From Saprospiraceae bacterium (lineage in GTDB: Bacteria > Bacteroidota > Bacteroidia > Chitinophagales > Saprospiraceae), in contig JABDMH010000075.1 of assembly GCA_013001595.1 (NCBI GenBank), positions 12,193 through 76,192 on the forward strand: a DNA stretch of 64,000 nucleotides, written 5' to 3'. Position 1 is the first letter of the stretch, and every line of letters begins with the position of its first letter. Position numbers and translations under genes: made by a program. Below the pieces are notes generated by a model that did no database searches, was not told the origin of the DNA, and worked only from the letters and a program-made list of their open reading frames with translations. Of the stretch, positions 38,825 through 48,593 are shown in pieces.

Positions 38825-40552
38825 CTAGATATTGGTTTGAGAGGTATAGGTTCCTTCAGGATCCAATGTACTGGAGGCGCCATGATCAAAAAAATCCACT
38901 GCAGATTGCACATCCATAAAGAAGCGGTCTCGACCAATTTGGTCTGTGAGGCCATATTTTGCCATAGCATCACGAACCGGACCTTTGACATCGGCAAAGA
39001 GCATCTGAACACTTTGCTTTTCTAGCTCTTCTAAGATGTCTTCCAGAACATGCATGGCGCTACTATCAACATGGTTGATGCTTTGAGCATCTAAAATCAC
39101 AGCTTTAAGTGATGCTCCTTTCTTGGTCATCATCCGCTCCAAGACATTTTTAAACACATTGGTATTGGCAAAATATAGCTGAGCATCAAATCTGAAAAGT
39201 AGTAAGTCATCTCTTGTTTCTAGATGCTCAAAACGACTAATATTGCGGTAGGTACGGGTGCCTAACACTTTACCCAGTTCAGCAATATGCGGTTTGGTAC
39301 TTCGGTAAATGACCATGACTAAAGAAATTGCAACACCAACGGCTATACCCTCCTCGATACCAAGGATAAGGGTGGTTAGAAAAGTGACCATCAACATCCA
39401 GAAATCACTTCTATCTGCATGCCATAGATGACGAGTATGCTTTGCGTCAATGAGCCCTATAACCGCCACCACTATAATGGCAGCCAGCACAGCCAAGGGC
39501 AAAAAATAGAACACCTGGGTGAGGAATAATAGTATGAGTACTACCAGTAGGGCACTGATCATCGATGCCAGGCCCGTCTTTGCCCCTGCCTGATTATTTA
39601 CTGCTGTCCGAGAGAAACCTCCCGTCGTCGGAAAGGACTGAAACATAGACCCGAGTATATTCGCCAGGCCTAAGGCAAGTAATTCTTGGTTTGGTTTAAT
39701 GATGTAGTATTTGTGTTTGGATTGAATGGCTTGTGCTACTGCATAGCTTTCCATAAATCCAATCAGTGCAATAGCCATAGCCGCTGGTAACAAAGACTGA
39801 AGTTGCTCAAGACTGAATCCATTCCAAACAAAAGAGGGTAGTCCCTCGGGAATGGTACCGACAATCGCCACACCCTGGTCAGACAGACCCAATAACCACA
39901 CGAATATAACACCTCCAAGTACGACAACCAATTGGCTGGGAATCATCCGATGAATCCAACGCAGCAGTAGAAGTACTGCTATGCCCCCAAATCCGACGAT
40001 CATTGTGGGTGTATGGCTATCTGAAATATTCGTGATTATATGAATTAAGGTCTCAAACACGTTGTGTCCCCTAGAAATCTCTAAACCCAAAAGATGTTTC
40101 AACTGACTGATCCCAATAATTATAGCGGCAGCTGAAGTAAAACCGCTTATGACCGGATGTGAAAGAAAATTCACCAGGAAACCGAGTTTAAATAAACCCA
40201 AGCCGAATTGCAGTAATCCAACGAGTAGTGCAAGTATTAGGGCCAATTGAATATACTCAGCTGATCCAACTTCAGCCAAAGGACTTATGGCAGCGAGCGT
40301 CAGGAGACTAACCACAGCAGTAGGACCGACAGCCAAGTGTCGCGAAGTGCCCAGAAGTGCATATACAATAAGGGGTACCGTACTGGCATACAGACCATAA
40401 ATTGGCGGCATTCCGGCAATCATGGCATAGGCCATCCCCTGCGCGATCAAGAGCACACCTATGGTGATTCCTGCTGTCAAGTCACCTCGAAGGTCACTGC
40501 GATCATACCTAGACAACCAACCTACTGCAGGAACGATATTTGATAACCTCAT
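38825..40552 (-). CDS. SulP family sulfate/anion permease with C-terminal STAS domain
   Basis: N-terminus WLSRYDRSDLRGDLTAGITIGVLLIAQGMAYAMIAG is the classic SulP start. It has multiple TM segments and a STAS-like tail (LLLFRFDAQLYFANT...VILDAQSINHVDSSAMHVLEDI). Confidence 0.9.
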   Translation of the reverse strand: MRLSNIVPAVGWLSRYDRSDLRGDLTAGITIGVLLIAQGMAYAMIAGMPPIYGLYASTVPLIVYALLGTSRHLAVGPTAVVSLLTLAAISPLAEVGSAEYIQLALILALLVGLLQFGLGLFKLGFLVNFLSHPVISGFTSAAAIIIGISQLKHLLGLEISRGHNVFETLIHIITNISDSHTPTMIVGFGGIAVLLLLRWIHRMIPSQLVVVLGGVIFVWLLGLSDQGVAIVGTIPEGLPSFVWNGFSLEQLQSLLPAAMAIALIGFMESYAVAQAIQSKHKYYIIKPNQELLALGLANILGSMFQSFPTTGGFSRTAVNNQAGAKTGLASMISALLVVLILLFLTQVFYFLPLAVLAAIIVVAVIGLIDAKHTRHLWHADRSDFWMLMVTFLTTLILGIEEGIAVGVAISLVMVIYRSTKPHIAELGKVLGTRTYRNISRFEHLETRDDLLLFRFDAQLYFANTNVFKNVLERMMTKKGASLKAVILDAQSINHVDSSAMHVLEDILEELEKQSVQMLFADVKGPVRDAMAKYGLTDQIGRDRFFMDVQSAVDFFDHGASSTLDPEGTYTSQTNI

Positions 40553-40636
40553 GAGAGTGAATTAGATGATGTAGTCAGCACATGAATGCAACTCCGCAAA
40601 AATAGTAGGTTGAAGAGAATGATCGGGTGATGCAAA

Positions 40637-41275
40637 TCACACATCCAACAAGCGAATCCTGTTTCTGCCTAGTTCAACCTTCCCTCGGTTTTCCAACTTC
40701 TTTAGAAGCCGGGATACGGCCTCGCGAGAGACATTTAAATCTAAGGCTATCTCTTGGTGTGAAGCACTTATATAATCAGCGTGAGGATCGAGAGAAGCCC
40801 GGTCCTGGAGATAATCCCAGAGATTTTCATCGAGGTTTGCAAAAGCGAGTTTGTCCACTAAATCTATCAGGGCGTACAATCGTTCATCATAGCTGCTCAT
40901 AATGAAATCTCGCCAAACCTTATATCGAGATAACCAATCATCAGCCGAGGCCAGAGGTATGGCAAGGATGGTAGCATCTGTCTCAGCTACGGCCCGAATT
41001 TCACTCCTTTTCCGAATCAGACAGCAACTGAAGCTTGCCGCACATGTGCTGCCATCCGTCAAAAAGTAAAGGAGTATTTCTCTGCCTTCTCGGTTTTCTC
41101 GCACTACTTTAATAGTCCCTTGGACAACCAGCGGAACAAAATGGATATAGGATCCATAATCGATCATGACTTCGTGCTTAGAGATCTTACGCACGGTGGC
41201 AGCAGCCACCAGCTCTTCAAGGAGTTGCTGATCCTTTGATAAATCAGAAAAGGTATCAAGTAAGAATTGCCTCAT
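40637..41275 (-). CDS. Crp/Fnr family transcriptional regulator
   Basis: cNMP-binding-like beta-roll (GSYIHFVPLVVQGTIKVVRENREGREILLYF) plus a C-terminal HTH (SHQEIALDLNVSREAVSRLLKKLE). Confidence 0.85.
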   Translation of the reverse strand: MRQFLLDTFSDLSKDQQLLEELVAAATVRKISKHEVMIDYGSYIHFVPLVVQGTIKVVRENREGREILLYFLTDGSTCAASFSCCLIRKRSEIRAVAETDATILAIPLASADDWLSRYKVWRDFIMSSYDERLYALIDLVDKLAFANLDENLWDYLQDRASLDPHADYISASHQEIALDLNVSREAVSRLLKKLENRGKVELGRNRIRLLDV

Positions 41276-41532
41276 CTACATGTCAATCGTTAGATTGACA
41301 TCGAAGCTAGAAAAAAATCACCTTTGACCAACCATTTGAGGATTAGTACTCTGTCCACTGGAAGATTGTCGCTAATTTATGGCCCCTTTTTGCGAAAGCC
41401 TTCGTAGCAAATACTCAACAGGGCTAAGGCCATGATTCCGTTTTGACGCCTTGTCTATCACAAAATTGACCTCAAAATTATTCAACATATTCCACTGGAT
41501 AGAGTACTAGTCTGGCCCAGGGCCTGGATCAA

Positions 41533-41742
41533 CTAAGAGGACTCAGCAGGGCAGGTGGACAATCCGACAATCTTGTATAGTGGACAGAAACTCACCAGTG
41601 ACGTAAGGACAAAAATGGCTGCCAGCACTAGTAGTACGATACCCAGCGTCCCAGTTACTATTCCCCCGTAGTACAAATAGACAAATATTGCAGCCAAAAT
41701 AAATCGAATGATCTTATCGGTACTTCCCATATTTTTTTTCAT
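41533..41742 (-). CDS. DUF2892 (YgaP-like) small membrane protein
   Basis: MKKNMGSTDKIIRFILAAIFVYLYY...LLVLAAIFVLTSLVSFCPLYKIVGLSTCP matches the DUF2892 pattern (two TM segments, CPxY motif). ATG at 41742 is preferred over TTG at 41796. Confidence 0.7.
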   Translation of the reverse strand: MKKNMGSTDKIIRFILAAIFVYLYYGGIVTGTLGIVLLVLAAIFVLTSLVSFCPLYKIVGLSTCPAESS

Positions 41743-41939
41743 GATGGTCTCTATTGCTTTTTTTAATATTTGTAAGATTGATCTCGGATAATGCAAAGGT
41801 CAATAAATGCAGCCGTCTTATCTGTGATCGTGATCACCCCTTCAGCTGATTTTGCTGGAGTAAGGTAGACCTTCGTCAAGGTACGAATGGACTTCCAATA
41901 ATTCCACTAATTTTAGTTCAAATCTACCTCCTTATCACC

Positions 41940-43295
41940 ATGCGTACCTACCATTGGCTTCTAGCAACGATCATACTGCTCTCACCAAAGACCTTTGCAC
42001 AGCAGACTGACCAACCAAATATCATCTTCATTTTGACAGACGATCAAGGGTATGCAGATGCAGGTTGCTATGGATCTGCAGATATACGCACACCCAACAT
42101 CGATAGATTGGCAGAAACCGGCATTCGCTTCTCGCAGATGTACGCAAATGCACCCATATGCTCACCCAGTAGGGCTGCCCTCTTAACGGGAAAAACACCA
42201 CACCACGCTGGTGTACCACGAAATGCTGGAGGGAAAAATGGCATGCCTACGAGTGAAATCACCATTGCAGAGGTGCTGAAAGAAAATGGATATGCAACCG
42301 CAAATATAGGCAAGTGGCATCTTGGCAATTCTGCTGCATTGCAGCCCAATCAACAGGGATTTGATTATCAGTTTGGGCATTTTGTAGGATGCATAGATAA
42401 TTATTCGCACTTCTACTTCTGGAATGGACCCAATCGACATGACCTGTATAGAAATGGTCAAGAAATCTTCGAAGATGGTGCATATTTTCCGGCACTTTGC
42501 TACGAAGAAGCTGCTGCCTTTATTGATAAGAATCACGATAATCCTTTTTTTGTGTACTATGCAATGAACACACCGCATTATCCATATCAAGGTAGCGCAG
42601 AATGGCTTAGTTATTATAATGAGCAAGAAATACCTTACCCCCGGAATCTATATGCAGCATTCGTTTCCACTTTTGATACCTACATTGGCAAATTGATTGA
42701 TAAAATTGATAAGATGGGATTGAGGGAAAAAACCATCATTGTATTTCAATCCGATCACGGCCATTCCACGGAAGAACGAGCGCATTTTGGTGGTGGCAGT
42801 GCAGGTATCTATAGGGGAGCTAAAGGTTCTCTATTTGAAGGGGGGCTGAGGGTTCCATCCATCATCAGTTGGCCAGGGCATCTTGATCAAAACACAGTCC
42901 GAGATCAATGGGTTATTGCCTCTGATTGGTTTCCAACTTTACTGGATTTAGCCAATATATCCCTGCCACTTCACTCCATCGATGGTACCAGTATTCGTCC
43001 CATCCTCGATGACGAACAAGCCAATGCTGTGCACGAAAGATGGCATTGGCGTTTTGGAAAGCACTGGTCAGTTCGTCAGGGTCCCTGGAAACTCCTCTAT
43101 GATCCATTGGATACGAGTGAAAAACGGCGACCTGCGGCCAATCAACCAGAGGACATTTACTATTTAGTCAATTTAGTCATTGATCCAGCAGAGCTGAAAA
43201 ACGTTGCAGCTCAGTATCCTGATCGTGTGCATGAGTTAAAGGCTATTTATCAAGAGCTTAGTAGCTTAGATAATTCGGCCTCCAATAAGAGGTGA
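41940..43295 (+). CDS. Sulfatase (arylsulfatase A family), secreted
   Basis: Signal peptide, NIIFILTDDQGYAD, the signature CSPSRAALLTGKTP, GKWHLG and SDHGH. Confidence 0.9.
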   Translation: MRTYHWLLATIILLSPKTFAQQTDQPNIIFILTDDQGYADAGCYGSADIRTPNIDRLAETGIRFSQMYANAPICSPSRAALLTGKTPHHAGVPRNAGGKNGMPTSEITIAEVLKENGYATANIGKWHLGNSAALQPNQQGFDYQFGHFVGCIDNYSHFYFWNGPNRHDLYRNGQEIFEDGAYFPALCYEEAAAFIDKNHDNPFFVYYAMNTPHYPYQGSAEWLSYYNEQEIPYPRNLYAAFVSTFDTYIGKLIDKIDKMGLREKTIIVFQSDHGHSTEERAHFGGGSAGIYRGAKGSLFEGGLRVPSIISWPGHLDQNTVRDQWVIASDWFPTLLDLANISLPLHSIDGTSIRPILDDEQANAVHERWHWRFGKHWSVRQGPWKLLYDPLDTSEKRRPAANQPEDIYYLVNLVIDPAELKNVAAQYPDRVHELKAIYQELSSLDNSASNKR

Positions 43296-43313
43296 AGGAA
43301 ACACCTAGCAACC

Positions 43314-43763
43314 AAAAATCGACTCTAGGATCGCATGTCTTTACTTGTACAAGATCTATTTAGCGATGCTATCGACTGGGGACGGTATTGACGACTTGCT
43401 GGAGGGAGCTCCCGGATCCCTTTCGGATGTGGGAGCCGACCTGATGCCTAAACCAAATGTCAAAATGATATAACTTAACGACCTGAGCTAGAAGTAAAAC
43501 TTGCCAGGATCCTAAAGCCGACCTCATCGGCAAAAAATGGGCTCTAGGATCGCATGCCTTTACTTGTACAAGATCTATTTAGCAATGCTATTGACTGGGG
43601 ATGGTATTTGACGATTTGCTGGAGGGAACTCCAAGGATCCCAAAGCCGACCTCAGAGACAAAAATTTCGGCTCTAGGATTTCGAAATATTTCCCTGGGCA
43701 TCGTTCTATTGGAAACGTGACCGTGGCAGTTATACTTTCGATGTTCTGCTGGAGGGAACTCCC
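43314..43763. repeat. Noncoding tandem repeat: three copies of a ~90-bp element with short shared linkers
   Basis: The element ctctaggat...ttgctggaggga(g/a)ctcc starts at 43323, 43542 and 43671 (spacings 219 and 129 bp). Copies 1 and 2 are near identical and copy 3 is degenerate. The linkers share ggatcc..aagccgacct..aaaaat. Each good copy contains the 10-bp palindrome cttgtacaag. Frames are closed and differences are not codon-patterned. Confidence 0.85.
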
Positions 43764-43897
43764 AGATCCAACTCCAATAAGACCCTGAAAGGATCCAGTA
43801 TATATTTGCCCTCGTGCAGCGCCCGGGGTTAGTTACGTATCATATATGGATTGGCGAGATTTTTGACCAAAAATCATGACAATCGATAATCATCAGG

Positions 43898-44878
43898 TTA
43901 ATTAAAATCATAGAACTGCAATGTAAAAGAGCCTTTCTCCATCTTTTTAAATGGAATTTTCCAAAAGCCTTTATATTTAATGTTCTCCGGAACATATTTC
44001 CCTCCAACTATAGATAGTTCTATGTGCATGTTTACATCAAAATCGTATAGTAAAGTATAATTAGATAGTTGATATGACCTGGCCAAAACCTGGAAATCAT
44101 CTTTGGCAAAATAGGTGGTGACTGACTTAATAACTGTCGAATTGTCCTTTTTTCCTTCGAATTCAGGTTTGAGTCCAACGGAAAAAACATACACGTCTAT
44201 TTCATTTCGATAGGTATCTGATCGAATGGAGAAATCATAGTACGATCGCATACGGTCAGAAAAGATGGCTGTCTTTTTTCCGATCAACGGAACGTTAGAA
44301 GGAGCCCCAGGAGAAAAGACCAAGCGCTTCAGTTCAGTTACGTGATTTGAAGATGCGCCAGGTCCAGCTACTGAAATTGGAACCTCTTCGTCACAAATCT
44401 GCCCTTCATATAAGAAGAGTCTTTGATACATGGTAGCCGTATAAAATCTAAAGGCATCTTTCCGCTTCTTCATCATCTTTCCTTCCCATTGTTCATTGAT
44501 GGCTTGCATAGAACGACAATTTCCTATGACATTCTGGTGGTGAGTTGCCTCATAGGAACCCGACTCACGTACCTTGCGATCGAAGAAAGCCATTTCTGTA
44601 TCAAATGTATGTGTGAGCGTCCTTAGATTACAAAAAGCACTGTAGAAAGTAGTATCGGTGCTGACCATATCGATAAAATCCTCCACGGAAAATCCCTCTT
44701 GAGAAGCCTTGACCACTATGGAGTCTATATAGACGATATCTGCAATGGCGTTCATTGCTGGCTGATCCTGGCCAATTATTAAATCAATTCGCAGGAGCAC
44801 ACATAGACTGAGAAGCGACAATGATAAGTGCCTTCTAAAGGGCACAAAATCAACGGGGAATGACGAAAAAAGCTGCAT
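43898..44878 (-). CDS. Hypothetical secreted/membrane-anchored protein (326 aa)
   Basis: Clean ORF with a hydrophobic N-terminal segment LSLSLLSLCVLLRIDLIIGQ. No family recognised. Confidence 0.6.
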   Translation of the reverse strand: MQLFSSFPVDFVPFRRHLSLSLLSLCVLLRIDLIIGQDQPAMNAIADIVYIDSIVVKASQEGFSVEDFIDMVSTDTTFYSAFCNLRTLTHTFDTEMAFFDRKVRESGSYEATHHQNVIGNCRSMQAINEQWEGKMMKKRKDAFRFYTATMYQRLFLYEGQICDEEVPISVAGPGASSNHVTELKRLVFSPGAPSNVPLIGKKTAIFSDRMRSYYDFSIRSDTYRNEIDVYVFSVGLKPEFEGKKDNSTVIKSVTTYFAKDDFQVLARSYQLSNYTLLYDFDVNMHIELSIVGGKYVPENIKYKGFWKIPFKKMEKGSFTLQFYDFN

Positions 44879-44935
44879 TGGTGTGCTAAAACGATCTTAG
44901 ATTTGTTAATGTTATAAAGATCTTAGAATTAGGAT

Positions 44936-45817
44936 ATGAAAAAAATTACTGTAGTCGGTGCAGGAACCATGGGAAATGGGATAGCCCACGTTTTTGGACT
45001 GCATGACTACCAGGTTAACTTGGTCGACCTGTCGGCAAAGCAATTAGAGAGGGCTATGGCCACCATTAGTCATAACTTGAACCGAATGGTCGAAAAAAAG
45101 AAGATCACCACAGATGCCAAAGTTAAGGCATTGGTCAATATCCAGACATCGACCAAACTCCCACCATCCATTGAAAATGCCGATCTGGTGATCGAAGCGG
45201 TCATCGAAAACGAACCGCTCAAACTGAAAGTCTTTGAAGATCTAAATACGTATGCACCGCAGACCTGCATCCTAGCGAGCAATACATCTTCCATTTCTAT
45301 TTCGAAATTAGCCAGTTGTGTCGATGCCCGCGAGCGTGTCATTGGTATGCATTTTATGAATCCTGTACCCTTGATGAAGCTGGTCGAAATCGTAAAAGGC
45401 TACGATACCAGTGATGGGGTTTGTGATGCGGTAGAACGATTGACAAAGGTGATCGGTAAAGTTCCCGTGGTCGTAAATGACTATCCGGGATTCGTATCAA
45501 ACCGCATCTTGATGCCGATGATCAACGAGGCCATCTATACATTGTATGAAGGTGTGGCTGAGGTACAAGGCATTGATCAAATCATGCGTCTAGGTCTGGC
45601 TCATCCTATGGGACCATTACAACTTGCAGATTTTATTGGTTTAGATGTTTGTCTGTCTATCTTAGATGTGCTGTACGAAGGCTTTGGGCATTCGAAATAT
45701 GCCCCCTGTCCCTTGTTGGTAAACATGGTGCATGCCGGGCGACTAGGTCGAAAATCTGGCGAAGGATTCTATCAATATGGTCAGGGCAAAACAGCGGTGT
45801 CTGATAACTTTCAGTAA
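44936..45817 (+). CDS. 3-hydroxybutyryl-CoA / 3-hydroxyacyl-CoA dehydrogenase
   Basis: ITVVGAGTMGNGIAHVF Rossmann start, ASNTSSISI, IGMHFMNPVPLMKLVEIV, PGFVSNRILMPMINEA and GIDQIMRLGLAHPMGPLQLADFIGLD match the Hbd/PaaH family closely. Confidence 0.9.
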   Translation: MKKITVVGAGTMGNGIAHVFGLHDYQVNLVDLSAKQLERAMATISHNLNRMVEKKKITTDAKVKALVNIQTSTKLPPSIENADLVIEAVIENEPLKLKVFEDLNTYAPQTCILASNTSSISISKLASCVDARERVIGMHFMNPVPLMKLVEIVKGYDTSDGVCDAVERLTKVIGKVPVVVNDYPGFVSNRILMPMINEAIYTLYEGVAEVQGIDQIMRLGLAHPMGPLQLADFIGLDVCLSILDVLYEGFGHSKYAPCPLLVNMVHAGRLGRKSGEGFYQYGQGKTAVSDNFQ

Positions 45818-45942
45818 GTTAGAGATTGGCGAAGTGATTTTGCAGTGCAAGCAAATTTCATTGTTGGGTCTGGCAGTCACTCCGGCTAATGTTTACAGCT
45901 ATTTTTTCATACCTTCGGAATCATATATACTTTTGTTTGAAT

Positions 45943-48456
45943 ATGAGGATACGCTACCTAAGCATATTTATGCTTATCATTGGCCACCATGCGTTTGGCC
46001 AGACACCTTACAAACCCACTTCTTCAGAGGTATTTTCGGCCATTCAAAAAAGTCAGGTACTTGGTTCGGTGCTCTATGTAGCGGCCCATCCGGACGATGA
46101 GAATACCCGCTTGATTTCACATTTTGCCAATAAGGAGCATATGCTTACCACCTACTTGTCTCTGACTCGTGGTGATGGAGGTCAAAACCTCATTGGGACA
46201 CACATCAGTGAATTGTTGGGTGTCATCCGCACGCAGGAATTACTCAAAGCCCGATCGACAGATGGTGGAGAGCAACTATTTTCCCGTGCCAATGATTTTG
46301 GATACTCCAAACACCCAGATGAAACGCTGCAAGTTTGGGATCGGGATAAGGTCCTGGCAGATGTGGTTTGGGCCATCCGAAAAACACAGCCCGATATCAT
46401 TGTCAACCGTTTTGACCACCGAACTGCGGGACGTACGCATGGCCACCACACAGCTTCTGCCATTCTATCTTATGAAGCTTTTACCTTGGCAGGTCAGCAA
46501 GATGTATATTCCGATCAGCTGGACTATGTGGATGTATGGACGCCCACTCGGCAATTTTTCAATACCTCCTGGTTTTTTTATGGAAGCCGAGACAAATTTG
46601 CCCAGGCAGATAAGTCAAATATGGTTTCTGTTGACATCGGCGCCTATTACCCAGTGAGCGGAAAATCCAATAACGAAATAGCCGCAGCCAGCCGCAGCTT
46701 TCATAAGAGCCAGGGCTTTGGGGCCACCGGATCTCGGGGCAGTGAAATGGAATATATAGAATGGGTTCAGGGAGAAGAAATCAGCCCAGAAGACGATCCA
46801 TTCAAAGGAATCAATACCACATGGTCTCGCATCCAAGGAGGAGCCCCCATTGGAACAATGCTGAAAAAAATCGAAGATCACTACGACGTGGCCAATCCAG
46901 AAAAATCTATACCTGATTTACTGGCCGTTTACGCTGCCATCGAGGCCATGCCTAATGATGGATTTTGGGTGCCACGCAAGCTAGCCGACATTAGAGAGAT
47001 TATCCGTTGGTGCAGTGGACTGTTCATGGAGGCAGTGGCAACAGATTACTCAGCGGCACCCGGTCAGAACATCTCGTTTAAGGTTGAAGCCATCAACAGG
47101 TCACCGATCGAGCTCTCTTTATCAAATCTAAGTACGAACGTGGGCGATGTAGATACCACGCTAAAGCATCCTCTGTCGAACAATGAAGCAAACTCTTTTG
47201 CTTTTGATTTGAAGATACCCAACCAACTAGATTACTCCTCTCCGTATTGGCTACAGAAGCCGGGAACAGTTGGGATGTATACAGTGGACGATCAGGCAAA
47301 AATTGGGAAACCTGAGGCACAAAGGCCCATCGTTATTCAGTACACGGTATCCATTGATGGTCATTCTTTGGCATACAAAACTCCGCTGGTCTACAAGTAT
47401 AATGATCCGGTCAAGGGTGAAGTCTATCGCCCCTTTGAGGTGAGTCCTCCGATTTACCTCAATTTTGTAGAAAGCGTGCAAATTTTTAATGGTTCGGATG
47501 CGAAGCAAATTGATCTGGTGGTTAAGGCGGGTGCAAATGATCTCTCAGGTGCCGTGAGACTAAGCGCTCCCGATGGTTGGTCCATTTCCCCCAGTGATAT
47601 TCATGTGGATCTCAAGGAAAAGGGGGAAGAACAGCTGCTCAGCTTTCAAGTAACTGCCCCAGGTCAAGCCAGTGAAGGATTGGTTTCCGCCGCATTTACA
47701 AGAGATGGTGAGTCTCAGCAATTCCATTTTTCGGCCACCATCATTGACTATGATCACATACCCACCCAAACGATTTTAAAACCTGCATCCATTAAGGTCG
47801 TTGGCCTAGACCTTGCCAAGGAGGGAGACAAAGTGGGTTACATAATGGGAGCAGGCGATAAAGTGCCTGAATTTTTACGGCAGATTGGCTATGAGGTAAC
47901 CCTTCTTAATGAAGAAGATTTATCCACAGATCGACTGCAAAATTTTGATGCCGTAGTTGTCGGAATAAGGGCATACAATACGAAGGAGCGGCTTAGATTT
48001 TATCAAAATATCCTATTGGAATATGTAGCAGAGGGTGGTACGATGATCGTTCAGTATAATACCAACCGAAGATTAAAAATTGATAGCGTCGCTCCTTACA
48101 CCCTGACCATATCGAGAGATAGAGTGACCGTCGAGGAAGCCGAAGTACGTATCATCGCTCCGGATCATCCCATCGTCAACTACCCGAACAAAATCACAGC
48201 AGCAGATTTCGATGGATGGGTCCAAGAGCGAGGTCTCTATTTTGCCAATGAGTGGGATGAAAAGTTTACACCCATATTTTCCAGCAACGATCCAGGAGAG
48301 TCACCCAAGGAAGGGGGCATGCTGGTGGCTCAGCACGGTAAGGGCTGGTATGTCTATTCAGGATACTCTTGGTTTAGAGAGTTACCGGCAGGGGTGCCCG
48401 GTGCTTATCGAATTTTCGCCAATATGCTATCTCTAGGAAAAACAAATCAACCTTGA
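45943..48456 (+). CDS. Large PIG-L (LmbE-like) family deacetylase domain protein
   Basis: Signal peptide MRIRYLSIFMLIIGHHAFGQ, the PIG-L motif LYVAAHPDDENTRLISHF...SLTRGDGGQN, and a long C-terminal extension. ATG at 45943 is preferred. Confidence 0.8.
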   Translation: MRIRYLSIFMLIIGHHAFGQTPYKPTSSEVFSAIQKSQVLGSVLYVAAHPDDENTRLISHFANKEHMLTTYLSLTRGDGGQNLIGTHISELLGVIRTQELLKARSTDGGEQLFSRANDFGYSKHPDETLQVWDRDKVLADVVWAIRKTQPDIIVNRFDHRTAGRTHGHHTASAILSYEAFTLAGQQDVYSDQLDYVDVWTPTRQFFNTSWFFYGSRDKFAQADKSNMVSVDIGAYYPVSGKSNNEIAAASRSFHKSQGFGATGSRGSEMEYIEWVQGEEISPEDDPFKGINTTWSRIQGGAPIGTMLKKIEDHYDVANPEKSIPDLLAVYAAIEAMPNDGFWVPRKLADIREIIRWCSGLFMEAVATDYSAAPGQNISFKVEAINRSPIELSLSNLSTNVGDVDTTLKHPLSNNEANSFAFDLKIPNQLDYSSPYWLQKPGTVGMYTVDDQAKIGKPEAQRPIVIQYTVSIDGHSLAYKTPLVYKYNDPVKGEVYRPFEVSPPIYLNFVESVQIFNGSDAKQIDLVVKAGANDLSGAVRLSAPDGWSISPSDIHVDLKEKGEEQLLSFQVTAPGQASEGLVSAAFTRDGESQQFHFSATIIDYDHIPTQTILKPASIKVVGLDLAKEGDKVGYIMGAGDKVPEFLRQIGYEVTLLNEEDLSTDRLQNFDAVVVGIRAYNTKERLRFYQNILLEYVAEGGTMIVQYNTNRRLKIDSVAPYTLTISRDRVTVEEAEVRIIAPDHPIVNYPNKITAADFDGWVQERGLYFANEWDEKFTPIFSSNDPGESPKEGGMLVAQHGKGWYVYSGYSWFRELPAGVPGAYRIFANMLSLGKTNQP

Positions 48457-48593
48457 AAACAGTAGCCGAAAATAATCAGCTTCCTTTCGCGGCGAGTTGG
48501 CAGCAGATGTATATTGCCCTATTGGTTTGCCATCTATTGGTGATCCTTTTCTGCAGTTGGTTTAAATGGTACTTCTCTTAATCTAAGGAAGAA

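Noticed and set aside
38750-39025. 91-aa + strand and 70-aa minus-strand ORFs at the SulP 3' end
   Set aside because: Both overlap the STAS-domain coding region of the SulP gene, which is clearly the real frame.
43314-43763. Possible CRISPR array
   Set aside because: The repeat units are ~90 bp and irregularly spaced (219 and 129 bp). The intervening segments share sequence with each other. Copy 3 is strongly degenerate, and no cas genes are visible anywhere in the window.
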